Below, one piece after another: positions 49,701-62,500 of a stretch of DNA of 64,000 nucleotides; positions within the stretch are counted from its first letter, which is position 1, and each line of letters opens with the position of its first letter. Origin of the DNA: Hydrolagus colliei (Eukaryota); assembly GCA_035084275.1 (NCBI GenBank), contig CM068748.1:2976001-3040000 (forward strand), in the 5' to 3' direction. Both the position numbers and the translations under genes were made by a program. Under the pieces are notes generated by a model, which worked only from the letters and a program-made list of their open reading frames with translations, made no database searches and was not told where the DNA came from.

Positions 49701-51036
49701 ACATAACAACAAGATAAAGCTCCCATAGTTTGAAATCATACGTTTTTCATTACAAGCGTGGGGGGGTGAGGGGGGGACGGGGAGAGTGGGTGGGGGGAGG
49801 AAGGAAGGAGGGTCATTATTGGGTTGTAGGTGGGGATGGTGGAGGTGATGGTGGTGGCAAGAAAAAATGGTATTTAAAGCCTGGATTCTCCAGTTTGTGA
49901 TTGTTTCTTTCAATGACGCGTGCTCGAGTGAGTAAATGTTCTGTAAATCATGGTCTATGAGCACATGCTGCGGACACTACTGTGTCAATTGGATGACGCG
50001 TTTCACCCACAAAACATACAGTTAATTCACTTCAAAGTATATTCTGTGAAGCGCTTTGAGACCTCTCAACAATACAAGAAGGCTTCTATATCAAATGCAA
50101 ACGTTCTATTAATATTAGTAGTAATATTATTATAAGATTTGTCCACAGAGCAGCCGGGCAGATGATTCTCAGTCGGTGGGGCAGAGTTTTTTTTGGGGGG
50201 TGGGGGGTGTGGGTCAATCTAATGGAAGGATTTCTGAAGAATTGATAATAATTCAAGTGACTCCAGCAAGGTTAGCAAAAATAATTAGCGTTTTTTTAAA
50301 CAAAATTTAAGGTCCTATTTTGAGTTTGTTTTTGTTGTTGCATCGTAACTGCGATAAGAGAACACAAAGGATCTAGGGTGGAACGACAACTTTATTCCAC
50401 TTCCAACTTTAATAGAAGATTTCTATTAATAACTAGGTTCAGTAAGTAATTCAACTTGTTTCACCCACAATAGCCACCCCTAATAAAGGTTCAGAACAGA
50501 GACAAGCGTTTGCAAGAATCAGGCACTTCAGGGACCAGACAGGAAAGTCAGCACTTAAAAAACAGAATTTAAAGTGGTAAAACTCTACCAGTTTTGTAAT
50601 GTCCAGTTTGCTTGTCTACTACTCCATCAAGGCAGTGGGGCAGTGCAATCTGCGGGTCAGTATGGTTTGGTACGGTCAATGATTTGGGACATCGTCCTGA
50701 TGCGAATGGTGCTATACAAATGTAATTTGTTGTTGGCAATAAATCCCAGGATCAGGTTTTAGATCAAAGCTGAAGTGACCTCCGCTAGCCCCAGCTCAAA
50801 ATGGACATAGAAAGATCCACCTTCAGTCTAGAAGTCTAGATGCCAATAGAAACTGAGATTCTAACTTGTGATGACTTTGACAATGCGCGCTTAATTCAAA
50901 ATGAGTATTTCCTAACAAGCACCTGAAAGAAAGGCCATATTGTGATCCTTTTGTTCATGTTCCAGCAGTTTTCTGCTTTTGTCTGTTAAGATTTGTTTCA
51001 ATTTTCCACCAACAAATGCACACACACAATCACCTG

Positions 51037-51071
<35 letters not shown>
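51037..51071. repeat. (TA)n(CA)n compound microsatellite
   Basis: tatatatatatatatatacacacacacacacacac. Confidence 0.9.
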
Positions 51072-51072
<1 letters not shown>

Positions 51073-54000
51073 AATGCCTAGTCACACAAGAATACAGACT
51101 CACAAATAAATACCCTCCCACGAACATATGTTATATACATACACAGATCATGTTAAGTGATCATGGTCACACATCAGATAAAGTTAGTGCACATGAACAG
51201 GACATTGAGTTTGTCAAATCTGTGCTGATGATTCTCTCCACTTGCAGATCCACCACAGGAGGAAACCATCACATATTTGTCGGTAACTAAACTCTAAACT
51301 TGCAGCATGACTTTGTGTCTGTATTTGTGCATCTGTGATGTTGAGTGCGTGCGTACGTGACTGAGTCTGTGTGTGTGTATGCGTGTGTGTGTTTATGTAT
51401 GTAGATATGGATATATGACTGTTTGTGAGTGTGTATGTATTTGAGTCTGCGTTTTTATTTCAGATCCTCCTCATGTGAAAGGCACTCTATAAATGTAATT
51501 TTGTTGTTTATGTGAGTATGTATGCATGGGTATGTATGCATACAGGCTTAAATATATTATATATACAGATTGGATATGAATATTATATGTTGGTGAAAAA
51601 CTAAGAAATCTTAAATAAAGCAGCAAGTAACAACTTTTTAAATATAACTACGTAGGTTTTAAGACAAAATAATCCAAATAAGAGCATTTTCATTCTCTGA
51701 ACACAAACCATCAGACCATGCCAATTATCCTGTAGATAAGAAAGAGTCATTGGGACAGCATATCTGATCAACAGCACAGTAATCAGTTTAAAAACTCCAG
51801 CAATGATCTCACCATCAGTTTACCTTAGTAAGTCATGACCAATAATGTTTCTGAATGCTACGGACATGCTCAGCTTGGCATGTCTCCTCAGAGCTGGGCA
51901 GACCCACTTACCTACCAGATTTTTTTACACAAGACACTCATTTTAAAAGGGTTTGGACACGATAGATTTCCAATACGTTATTCAAAGTGCCCTAGAAGTC
52001 CACCACCATAGAGAGGAGGGAGGTGAGCAGGATGCTTAGACTTAACCAACCTACACGGTGAGTGTGGGTAACACATGAAACAATTTGCCGAGCCTGGGAG
52101 TTGTTTGCATCGTGTCGATCAAGAACAATATGCTTTTCCTTCATGATTGTTATGCTCGACTTTCACACGGGATGAAACTCAAACTTTGGACCAGTTTCCA
52201 ATTCATCCACAACACTGGGCTTTACTTATTTGTAAAATATGTATTTTCTTTATTTAAAAGAATAAAAGAAGACAGAAAAGAAAAGAGTAAAGGTCCCGTT
52301 TAGATTTTCAAACCCTACTCTTTTGTCCGAAAACTGAATGTCCAGGGAATGGTAGGAGCATAAGTCACTATGACGGAGAGTAGGACTGTCCAATAACTTG
52401 TCCTTTATATACTACAGCATCTGGACTTACTTGGCATTTGCCCCGTTGGACTGGGTATGTTTGGATACTTAGTGGGAGGGGGAAGGGAGCAACACATTAT
52501 GCCACCTTCACTTCATGTGTACTTAATTTACTGAAAAGAGAGCCAATGGGGAATTAGCCATGCCAGACAAAGGGACTAACTGTGCAAACCCAATGCTTCC
52601 AGGTGGAAGTTCTGGAGGTGCTGCAGTTAACTTATACCCACGGCTTGTAAACTGCTGAATGGGTTGATGTGCGATTCACTAAAACAGGTTCCCTTTAAGA
52701 GGAAACTGCAAATTAAAACAATCAAACATCTGGAAATAATCTCCCTTCATAATCAGATCCACACAAATGGAACTTTTGCAGCCATTCCTACTCCTTCGTT
52801 CCAGTTGTTCTCACATTTGCAGCGATTAGATCTGATGCAGAACATCAGAAAGAAAGGTTCATTTTCAAGAAGTCCGGTGTCTGCTTATGTGTTCCCTTTT
52901 AACTTGGCTTCAAAGCCTCTTTATGAAACAACAAAGAATGGTAACCCATGAACGTGGGTGAAACATACTTTAATACAATAACAAATCATTGAGAAGGGAC
53001 CCTTAAGCTGCTTTAAATGGCTTTAATACCAAAGCAAAGACCAAGCGAGCGTCGCTGTGGGAACAACGTGTTGCTTTCAAAGCTTGGCACACAGCAATCA
53101 GTTTCTCTCTCTCTCTACCACAGCAATCATAGGGAAGGCCCTTTGCCAAATTAGAGATGAAACGCTACTGTGACATGTATGTATAATTCTTAAACTGAAC
53201 ATGTTCAGTCTTTCTTTTTGTCGCTAGGAATGGGCTGCACGGAAACGGATTAAGAACCACTAAGCCTCGCCGTCATAGGGAGCTTTAAGATGAATGATTG
53301 CAAGTTGAACCTTAGGACCAAAGGTCCTTCTGCATCAAACTTGAAAGGATGTAAACAGGTTAATTCCCAAATGGCTTTGCATTAAAATCACGCACAATTA
53401 CATTAAATGGAGACATACATCGCATACAATGTTGTGGTTAGTAAGCTATATGATGAAGGTTTAAGTGAAATTACTTAAGGGATTTTGCTTTTAACGGCCG
53501 AGACTTCCTGATTACAACTTCACAAACTGAACACATGGAAAATCTGCTCACAACAAATCATTAATTAGCTGAGAGAATCTAAAGGCAGTAATATCCCAAT
53601 GGGGTAGAGGAGAAACAACAAGCAAACAGAGTGAGGGGGGACAGACACAGTCTTTACTAACAATATCAGTCCAGCTATTGATAAGTGACAGTCATCTCTC
53701 ATTGTTGTCCATTCAGAAGAACTAATTTGTCCAATTACAGGTATATATATTATATATTTGTATTTAAATATATCTGCGAGCAATTGCTCACCACCATTAA
53801 GTTCTACCTGTCCTAGTTGCAAGCAATCAAAACAAGGTCAGGTGCAGACACAAAGAACACTTAAAAAAAAAGCCAATGTGTTTTTTTAACACCAATATTA
53901 CCAAGGGTGTGAGCGTTGGGGTCTAAAATGCCCTGGCTGCCCATGAACTTTTCTAATGTGATTTCCAAGAACGAAACATTCACCACGGTTAGGAAAAAGC

Positions 54001-55184
54001 ATGTGCATACCTATGTTCCTAATGCTGCACCGTAATGTTATGTTGGATAGTGCAGACTTAATATAGTTCTCCTAAAGGTTGACAAGCATATTACCATCCA
54101 TATCCTAATACTGTCCCATTCATCTATTCCCACGCTTGCGACTGGCAGAAATTGATTTAACAGATGGGATCTCAAGTACTTCTTTCTTTTAAGGCGATCA
54201 AGGATATGAAGACACAGCAAATTCCGTGGACTCCTTTGTGTTCGTAGGAAGTGCGGTTTATTGAAGTCTGAAGGCGTAGCCGGCAGTATTTTTTTAATCT
54301 TATTGATCAAGACTTATTCAGCACAACAACTCTGGCACAATGTGAGGCAGGTTAAGCGGGCACAGGCGACCACACCTCAAAAGTTGCAGAGCTCTTTCCT
54401 GTGTTGGTACAAATCGTTGCCAGGGTGCACTAGCTGTCACACCCAGTCATACATACATGCATGGGCTGCGTTACTTTAGTATTGCTGCAAATGCGAAACC
54501 AAAGGGGGGGGCGGGGTGGGGGGGTCTGTAAACCTGCAGTGCAAACATAGCCTTGCCTCACTTTACTGTTAGCGTTTAGGTCAGAATTGCAACTAAACGG
54601 AAGGATGCTTGTCATGTAGCCAAAGAGCGTATGGAAAATATTTGTACAAAAAACGAGCGTGTACGGTACACATTGGGGATCTCTCCGACAGCGGCAGGTG
54701 GCGGACATGGATGTTTGTGGTGCACACAGGGGTGACGACCCCCCTTCCCTCCCACCCGCCCCAATCCTCAGCTCGGGTTTGAAGCAATAACTGTCCAGTG
54801 CCTTGGGACGTCCTCCTGACGTGAAAGGCGCTATACAAGTGTAATTTTGTTGTTGTTTTAAAGGGAACGTCCCTGAAAAAATATGCACGCAACCTGTGGG
54901 CGTTTTTTTTGTGTGAGTTATGTTTTAGATTCATGTCGTAACAAATATATTTATCAATAAACAAAAAGTGTTCTACACTGTTTCATGGGAGTTGGGAGGG
55001 GGGGAAACGAGAGAGAGTTCACAGGTACTACACAAGATAACAAATTGGCCTTCCATTCTTTTAAAGATACAAATTAGCATTTGTAACTGCCAGGCTGCTC
55101 TCAGATCTAAAAGCTATGGGTTGTACAATGATGGTTACCATTACACAGTTACTCAGGGCTGCCCAAGTGTGAAGCGCATTTTAC

Positions 55185-55242
55185 CTTCGCAAATTCGATC
55201 CAATCGTTGCCGTTTCACTTTGTGCTTGTCCATCAGAGACAT
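55185..55242 (-). CDS. CTBP2: CtBP2-isoform N-terminal coding exon (MSLMDKHKVKRQRLDRICE + G of Gly20)
   Basis: Minus strand reads ATG TCT CTG ATG GAC AAG CAC AAA GTG AAA CGG CAA CGA TTG GAT CGA ATT TGC GAA G|GTAAAA, nearly identical to the vertebrate CtBP2 N-terminus MALVDKHKVKRQRLDRICEG with its KVKRQR basic motif. 58 nt, phase-1 donor. Plausible acceptor TTGTTATTTTAAAAG| puts the exon start at 55266. Too short for the ORF track. A close CTBP paralog cannot be excluded without the downstream exons. Confidence 0.92.
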
Positions 55243-57132
55243 CAGTGATGCTGCTTGAACGAGTTCCTTTTAAAATAACAAGCAAACAGTGTTTCAGGTG
55301 TCCACAATTCAGAAGAATCCACAGGGGCTCAAGCACATAACTTTAATCCAACTTCTGAAAGAAAAAAATAAAGAGACACAGAAGTGTCATCAGTCAGACT
55401 GACTACAATAGTGCACACTCTAAAGATAATAATCCTTGCATTTGATATGGCGTCTTCAAGACGTCTCAAAGTGCTTCACAGAATATACTGTGAAATGAAT
55501 TAACTGTATATTTTGTGGGCGAAACGCAGCAACCGATTGGTAGTGTCCCACAAACAGTCACGGACTGAAGGGACCAATTTTTTTTAAGCAATATGGGCTT
55601 TTCACTCAAACAGCAAAAGCTCTTGTGTGGTCACGTTACACAATTCTTTGGTCAGGGCTTATCAACAGGCATTAATCAAAGGAGCAAACATAAACATTTA
55701 AGCTTACACAGGAATGGGAGTGTATGAGAGACATTGTTCAACTATTGTACACACTACAATTGAGGCCTGAGGCCTATCACTAAATAACACCACATTGAAT
55801 TTGAAATCGTTGGATTTTCTGATTGGCATTGACGAGCGTTTTGTTTTTTCACACAATGAAACATTTAGTGTAAATGGCACATACACAGCTCGGTCAGTGT
55901 TGGGAAAGATTTAAGGCAAATGAACCTATTCAGTACTCAACGATGTCTTCTGCCTTTCATGCAGAGTCTCATAGTGAGAAATAGTAGGGCTGACTATATG
56001 AAGGCTGACTATTCTAACCTGACTGAAACTTCATAGCTCAAGAAAATGCCCAAAATGTGAAGTACACAGGGTGGGGGGTGAGGAGAAATTCTACCCAAAT
56101 CAAGACTGTCTCTATTACACCGGCTGCAGAATTCGACAAATTTGGAAGCTGGTTTTCAGTAAGTTTTTTTAAAACCAGGGAATATCGGCCTCAAAACAAA
56201 GATTGAATCATGTATAATGGAAGTGCAGCCCCAGGTGTAATTCCATCTCTCAACAACCCCCCATCTACCCCATCCACCGCCCCTGCACAGAGATTAAATT
56301 ATACATCGACTGTGAAGGTGAAACTAAAACCCCTATAAGATGCAATTGTACTCTTCCGAATGTTCCTCACTTGTTCCTCTGAATCCCCAACTGCATAGAA
56401 CCAACAGACTCCCTGCCTACTTCTTCGATGTTGTAATCAAGAATTGAATTAAAATTTTCTCCATCTTCCAAGTATTTTTTTTTACTAAGGATCTCACAAA
56501 TGTGACACCCCTCAGTTTTCCCTTCCTCCCAACAATTCACAATTTGAGTGTGATTTATCCAACTTATCTCCCGTGTTGCTCCTTCTCTTTTCAACCTTGG
56601 TGATGCCTGTGGTATAAGCCTTAGCCTTTCACCAAGATTTCTCAACTTGGGGAAAAGAAATTGATGAAACATGTGTTGCATGTCAATTCTGTCATTTTGT
56701 TGCTTAGCCAGACACCATTTTACTAATCCATGAACAGTCTACTACAAGAACTGATCCGAACATCATGCGGTATTTTAATTCTGCGTGGACTGAAATGCCA
56801 TATAAGCAGCGGAGCTAAATGCAATACCTCTTAACACATCAAAGACCAAAAGAATTGTTAATGCATTATCTAGTGCCCACTATTAAACTGTATAAGCATT
56901 CAGGGAATTCTGCGACGTGCTCTTAATCATGGCATAACACACTTGTACTAAATCAGTTCCTCTGGTATTTAGAGTATAAAAATAACAGTCATTAACAGAC
57001 TCTAGGAGACAAGGTACCTGACATTTCAATGCCCATTTAATTTGTCATGGGAGGCAACATACACTTGAATAATCAAAGCGGATCTACTTTTCTGTTCAAA
57101 TGATTTTACATACACACCTAAATAGTTTCATT

Positions 57133-57682
57133 GTCTGCGGAGAGGAAAATGAGTTAACGTTTCAGGTGGATAACCTTTCATCAGAACTGATGGATGTTGG
57201 AGGGGGGCAGATTGCATGGAACACAGAGAAGGGGGCGGGGAAAGAAAGATAAAGGCAAAATTTAGATAGGGGACAGAAGATGAAGAGATCAGAGGTGTGG
57301 ATGGAGCAGGACAAAAGAAGGCAATATGGGAGATTATGGAAAGAAAAGATATGTCTAAATCCCAGAGGATGTGAACGGTTATGGAAGAAGGGGAGGGGAG
57401 AGGCAAGGCTGAGAGAAGATGGGAGTTGTGTTGTCCTTATAATCTCATTAACCCATCATCCCCTGTCCTCTACTCCATTTCCTCCTTTGTCTTCCTTGCC
57501 CTGCCTGCCCCCCTCTAGGTTGGTCCTTAAAAGCCTCTCCCTCCCAACATGCCCCAGTTCTGACAAAGAAACATTGACTCACTTTTCCTTTCTTCATAGA
57601 TACTGCCTGACAAGCTGAGTGTTCCCAGCAACTTCTATTTTTATTTCAGATTGCCAGCATCCGCAGTATTTTGCCTTTTGTT
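57133..57682. mobile_element. Penelope-like inverted element with purine and pyrimidine inner arms
   Basis: Same family as 26553-26784. Left GAGTTAACGTTTCAGGTGGATAACCTTTCATCAGAACTG; right CAGTTCTGAC..GAAACATTGACTC..GCTGAGTGTTCCCAGCA..TTTCAGATTGCCAGCATCCGCAGTATTTTGC. Confidence 0.7.
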
Positions 57683-59014
57683 TAAGTAGTTTCATTCATT
57701 GCTAACCCTGCCACCAAGGACATCCGAACTTGTGTGTATTTTTAATGACAAGTATACAAAGCAAAAATGGAGAAATGTGTGGAAAAGTCTTTCTAAAAAT
57801 TATTTTCAAATTGTTTTTAATCTCGGTAGGCCTTTCCTCATCCCAGCTATGCAACTAGTTAATGATGGGGATCTAATGAGAAATTGAGCCTTGCAACCCT
57901 CTCTAACTATTCGGAAAACAAATCCACCAAACCAGGTCATGTAGGCCAATATATTTACCTTATTCAAAACACAACTGCTATAGTGGTAGAGTTAATGTAC
58001 TTGAGGGATAAGCTTGGAAGGGCCAAATTGCTTTCTCTCATATTTTTATGTGCTTACATCCTAAACGAGTCAATGCATTTCACACTGTGGTTTTATGGGA
58101 TTATCCCATCTCCTCTACTGTTCACATGGCAAAGTGTTAACACATTTGCTGGATTTGCCTAGAACTAGTGGGGAAAAGTTCTGGGCGAGCATCATGCCCA
58201 ATGCCGTTGGAGATGTGCAATTATAATGCCATATAGCCCTCTTAATTAAATATAATGAAATATAATCCCAACAGTGACTAACATCAGCAAAGCGCGTTAG
58301 GCTCGCTTGTCATGTTTTCTCACAAAGGAGTTTTAACTGAAGGTCACTGAATACGTACACTCAGGTTAAAATTAGTCAATGAAGTCCTCCCAGAATGGAT
58401 GTACTGTACTAGAATGTACATCTGCATCGATTGACAACTTGTGTGTCAAAAGATTTGGTAGATAATGGGGTCTTTCCTCCTCTGGGAATTAATATAAGCA
58501 TCAATGATGTTTTACCACATGTCACTGAGTATCTCACTCTTCGATGGGATGAGCTGCTGAGTAATGCTGGATAGGGCAGGAGAGGGCACACTGCATGTAA
58601 TTTTGGAAGAGCCGGGCACTGGCATATCAATGCAGTAATCGTTCAGATGAGAGGTGTCAGGTGCAGCAAAGTACCAGATGTTTAACAATGTTCCTGCCCA
58701 AATCCTGGCTCAACACAGTTTCTACCATTTTGTTGCAATAGAATGCTAAGTGGGACATGTTATTACCATGCACACAATTTGATGATCGCAAGTATACCAC
58801 AAAGTAGAGTACGATGACACAGTGCAACACTCTGTGAAACTGCACTGACGAGTTGCACACCTTAAGGTATGTATTGCACAGGTGCTTTACAATTTGTCTG
58901 CTGCGAGGTTTTATGGGTCATTTTCTCACAATAGCTACAAAACAAGAACTGTGCATTTTGACCCGTTCATGCAAACAAAAAGCAGCTAAACATGACATCG
59001 ATAGTGTATTTCCA

Positions 59015-59346
59015 ATAATAATAATTCCTACATTTGATATAGCACCTCATCGCATCATTGAGACATCATAAAGCATTTCACTATTATTATTGTCAGGTGG
59101 ATTGGCTGGGTATTTTGTGGGCAAAGCGCAGCAGCCAATTGCACAAACAGTGATGGATTGAGTGATCCACCGATCGACTAATAACCGGGTTCCTGCAGGA
59201 ACCCGGAAGTGTGTAGGAAGTGTGTAGGAATCCAGAAGTGTGTGGGTTAAGGAAACATATCTCGCGCTTTGTCCGGTCCGGGAATCGAACCCCAGGCACT
59301 TTCACCTGCGAGGTGAGCGCTCTAATCCCTACGCTATGGGACTCCA
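59015..59346 (-). mobile_element. tRNA-derived SINE (longer variant)
   Basis: Head GGAGTCCCATAGCGTAGGGATTAGAGCGCTCACC..CCTGGGGTTCGATTCCCG, core and ATT tail. Confidence 0.75.
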
Positions 59347-59377
59347 CAATCTGATTTCGGAAAAAAATCTTAAGATT

Positions 59378-59580
59378 GGGGTCTAATTTGCGGTATTTCT
59401 CAAAAGAGTTTTTCAAGCAGGAATTTGCCAACCCGTGGGATCTCCTTTCCAAATGGCAAGACCGTGTCGTGCTGCGTTTCCACGTAGCATACTTATGTTT
59501 AACAGGACGGGTCCCCATTTTCGCAACTCTGTGATTCCTTATTCAGGAATCCTGTGAGGAAATACCACAAATTAGACCCC
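59378..59580. mobile_element. MITE with 22-bp TIRs (possibly PIF/Harbinger-like)
   Basis: GGGGTCTAATTTGCGGTATTTC at 59378 and GAAATACCACAAATTAGACCCC ending at 59580 are 21/22 reverse-complementary. AT-rich flanks, TSD ambiguous. Confidence 0.7.
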
Positions 59581-62500
59581 TATTATCACAGTCCTGAAAA
59601 GCCTGAAGCAAGGGCCTCCTGCGCGAAAGTCGGCCTGTATCCAACTGCAATTGTGTGCGTTTGATTGTTCCATACGAGAGATTCAGAGAGCTGCCTCGCT
59701 GTGTAACTCCTACTGCATTAACGTTAGCAGCCGGTGCCCAATTGGGGAAGGGAGAAAGTGAAAAGTTAACGAAATAAGCTGTGAACATTCTCCCGCAATA
59801 TAACTGCACGCATTTCAATCAATTTGCACGATGCAAAAACAACATCCGCCGCCACAATATGCCTTTGCGTTTGCTTAAGTATTTCATTGATATTCTGATA
59901 TTCTCAGAGTTTACGCATCTCACAACACATTTGTGGAGCACTCAAGGCAGGGTGATAAATGATAAAGTATGCGGAAAGTCAAATATTCTTGCTTTGTCAA
60001 TGCTATAGTCTATTTCCCCCCCCCCCATCCCCTTGTTCCAAACATACAAGGCATGATAGAACTATAAAGACAAAAAAAATCTGACCTGGAAAAAAACCTT
60101 CAGTACTACTGTACAGACAAGCAAATTTGCATGTACTCTGCGATAAAGTAGTAATTAGCACTGGAGCAGATAAAGGTCGTTCAAGTTAAAATGTTTTATT
60201 TTAGGCACAAGATAATAATCTTGAGACCTAGTAATTGCATAATATTTCAATCATGTCCCCACTGCACAGTGGATGTTTTCTCAGTAGATCATGTTCAAGA
60301 TTCTCCTAATGGCATTTCACACATTCTGATAAAGAAAGATCTCAGAAATGTTCTGTGCTGTGCAACTCACAAGTTTTCATTATCTTCTGTAACCTTGCTC
60401 TTTAGTCTCAAAATGTCCTTTAAAAACAAAGACCATCGGTTTGAATTGTCTCTCAATTGCTCGGATATTTTAAGTTCAGCTTCTCTCAGTTATTGTCAAG
60501 TGGAAGAAGGGGAGAACAGTACACTTTCAGTATACTAAGCGCTCTGAGACGCCATCCAGCGTGGTGGGCGCTATATAAATCGAAGTTGTTGTTATACTTT
60601 CAACTTTTAGATTTGGGTTCATTGTCAGTCCAGGTGAATTTCTGCTTCTATCCATCACTTGTTTTGCTCCCTCTGGCAGCTGTTAGGCGTCTTAAGTGGT
60701 AATGAGTTTTAGTGAATTCTGGCAGCCTTAATCCAGCTTCCAGCACAATGAATGAGCTTCTGGCACTTATTCAGCCTTATTCAGAAGGGAGACGAGAAGA
60801 CAAGTGCCTTTGTGATGCTGCAGGAAGGTGCTCACTGGAGTTCTTGCTTGAGATACATCACTGGTCCCACACGTGACCTACATGAAACCAGACCCAACGC
60901 CACGCTTAAGATTTCAACACCACTCAGCTGAAATGCACACAGCACACTGTGGTGTCTGGCGCTCCTGAGGCAGTGTAAACACAGCCAGAGGTGGCGTTAC
61001 TCCTGCTGCATCTGGAGCCAGCTCTGCTAGAGAGAGCAGGGTGATTGTGCATCTCACGCGTTCACTTATCAAGACGTATTCTGTTCTACAACACCTGTGG
61101 AGATCAGCAAAGGCTCTTCACTTTGCTGGCCTGTGTGGACTTTCTCCGCACGTCTGTACAGTACAAGGAAAGCTTGCGGGTTTCTGTGCTTTGTAATCCG
61201 CGGGAGTTTATTATAGAGTCGGGAATCTTGACCTGTACAGTTTGTACGCTCGTTCGCCACCTGCATTTGGACTGCACAATATATACATGGCAAATCGCAA
61301 ACCTCATTAGCCACCAGCAAGAACACCAAAACAGGCCATTCAGCCCAACTAGTCCAGGTTAAGTGTTTATACTCCACACGAGCAATTGCTAATTTGCCTT
61401 CCAATACCCCTCTATTCCCTGGTATGTCATGTATTGCACTAGTAATGAAACATAAGAGGCTTTTATTCTTTCTGTGGCTGTAAAGTGGAACATTTTTCCA
61501 CTTTCTATTATTTGTTTGGAGTACTACTGTTTGTTTGTATTTGTTAAAAGATATTTAGTAAGGATACTACAGTTATTCTGGAGCGTTTGCTTACAGTGGG
61601 CTCCAGCCAACGCAATTATTTAATCACTGAATACCACTAAATGTAAAGTCAATAAAACTTAAAGGGGAAGTCAAGCCATTTTATTGAAGTATGTTATCTG
61701 ACAAACTGTCATTCACAGACTGTAGTCCCGAAAAGAAAAGAAGGAAAAACACGGAACAGAGATGCAAATAGCAGGAAGGCGCAGGAATTGATTCCCTTCA
61801 GCATTCAGAAAATGACATGGAAACTGGTTAAGAGCTGTTATTACTCCTTCAATAATGTTACAATTTCCCTAATGTAGCGCCATTTAATCCAGCCAAAAAA
61901 GTAGTTACTCTTGTGTTTTTCTCGTCAATGTTGGCTCGATAACAAGAACCTGGTTCTTAAAGCCAAAGGCAAAATTCCTAACATCCCCAATGCCTGATTG
62001 CTTGCCGTAATATTTGGTGCAGTAGCTGGATTAGATCCATTTGGGCCATTCTGCCCAACTAGTCCATACCGATAAACAGCAGCAACATCTGGCAAATCAT
62101 GTTGGCCTAGACAACCCTGATTATAATATAACTTAATGATTCAAAGAAGTGTTGTAATCTTACTTATATAATTGCCCTAAAGCCTGAAAACAATGACTCA
62201 CAGAGGACTACTTCTGCACATTATCTCCACCGTGAGGCTGAGCTCTAGTTTATTAGTGTGGTTTTCATGCTAGGAGTCAAACAAATGCCTGAACTTGAAG
62301 ACACAGTAGTTGCTCAGCTCAGCAATTTTACCCCCTAACCCATGGATCCCACAATACGGTAACTTGATTCCCAATCTGTCTTCTTGTTAATCATACTCCT
62401 ATTTCAGATGATGCAAACACCCCTCCCCCTACCCCCCCCCCCCCCACCACCACCACACCCACCCAATTATCTGATCTGAACCATTGGTTTTGCAGTAAAT

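Noticed and set aside
57012-57030. ATGTCAG|GT micro-exons resembling the CtBP1-S 'MSG' start (also at about 12555-12563)
   Set aside because: Weak donors (GTACCT, GTGCAA), and a 9-mer like this can occur by chance.
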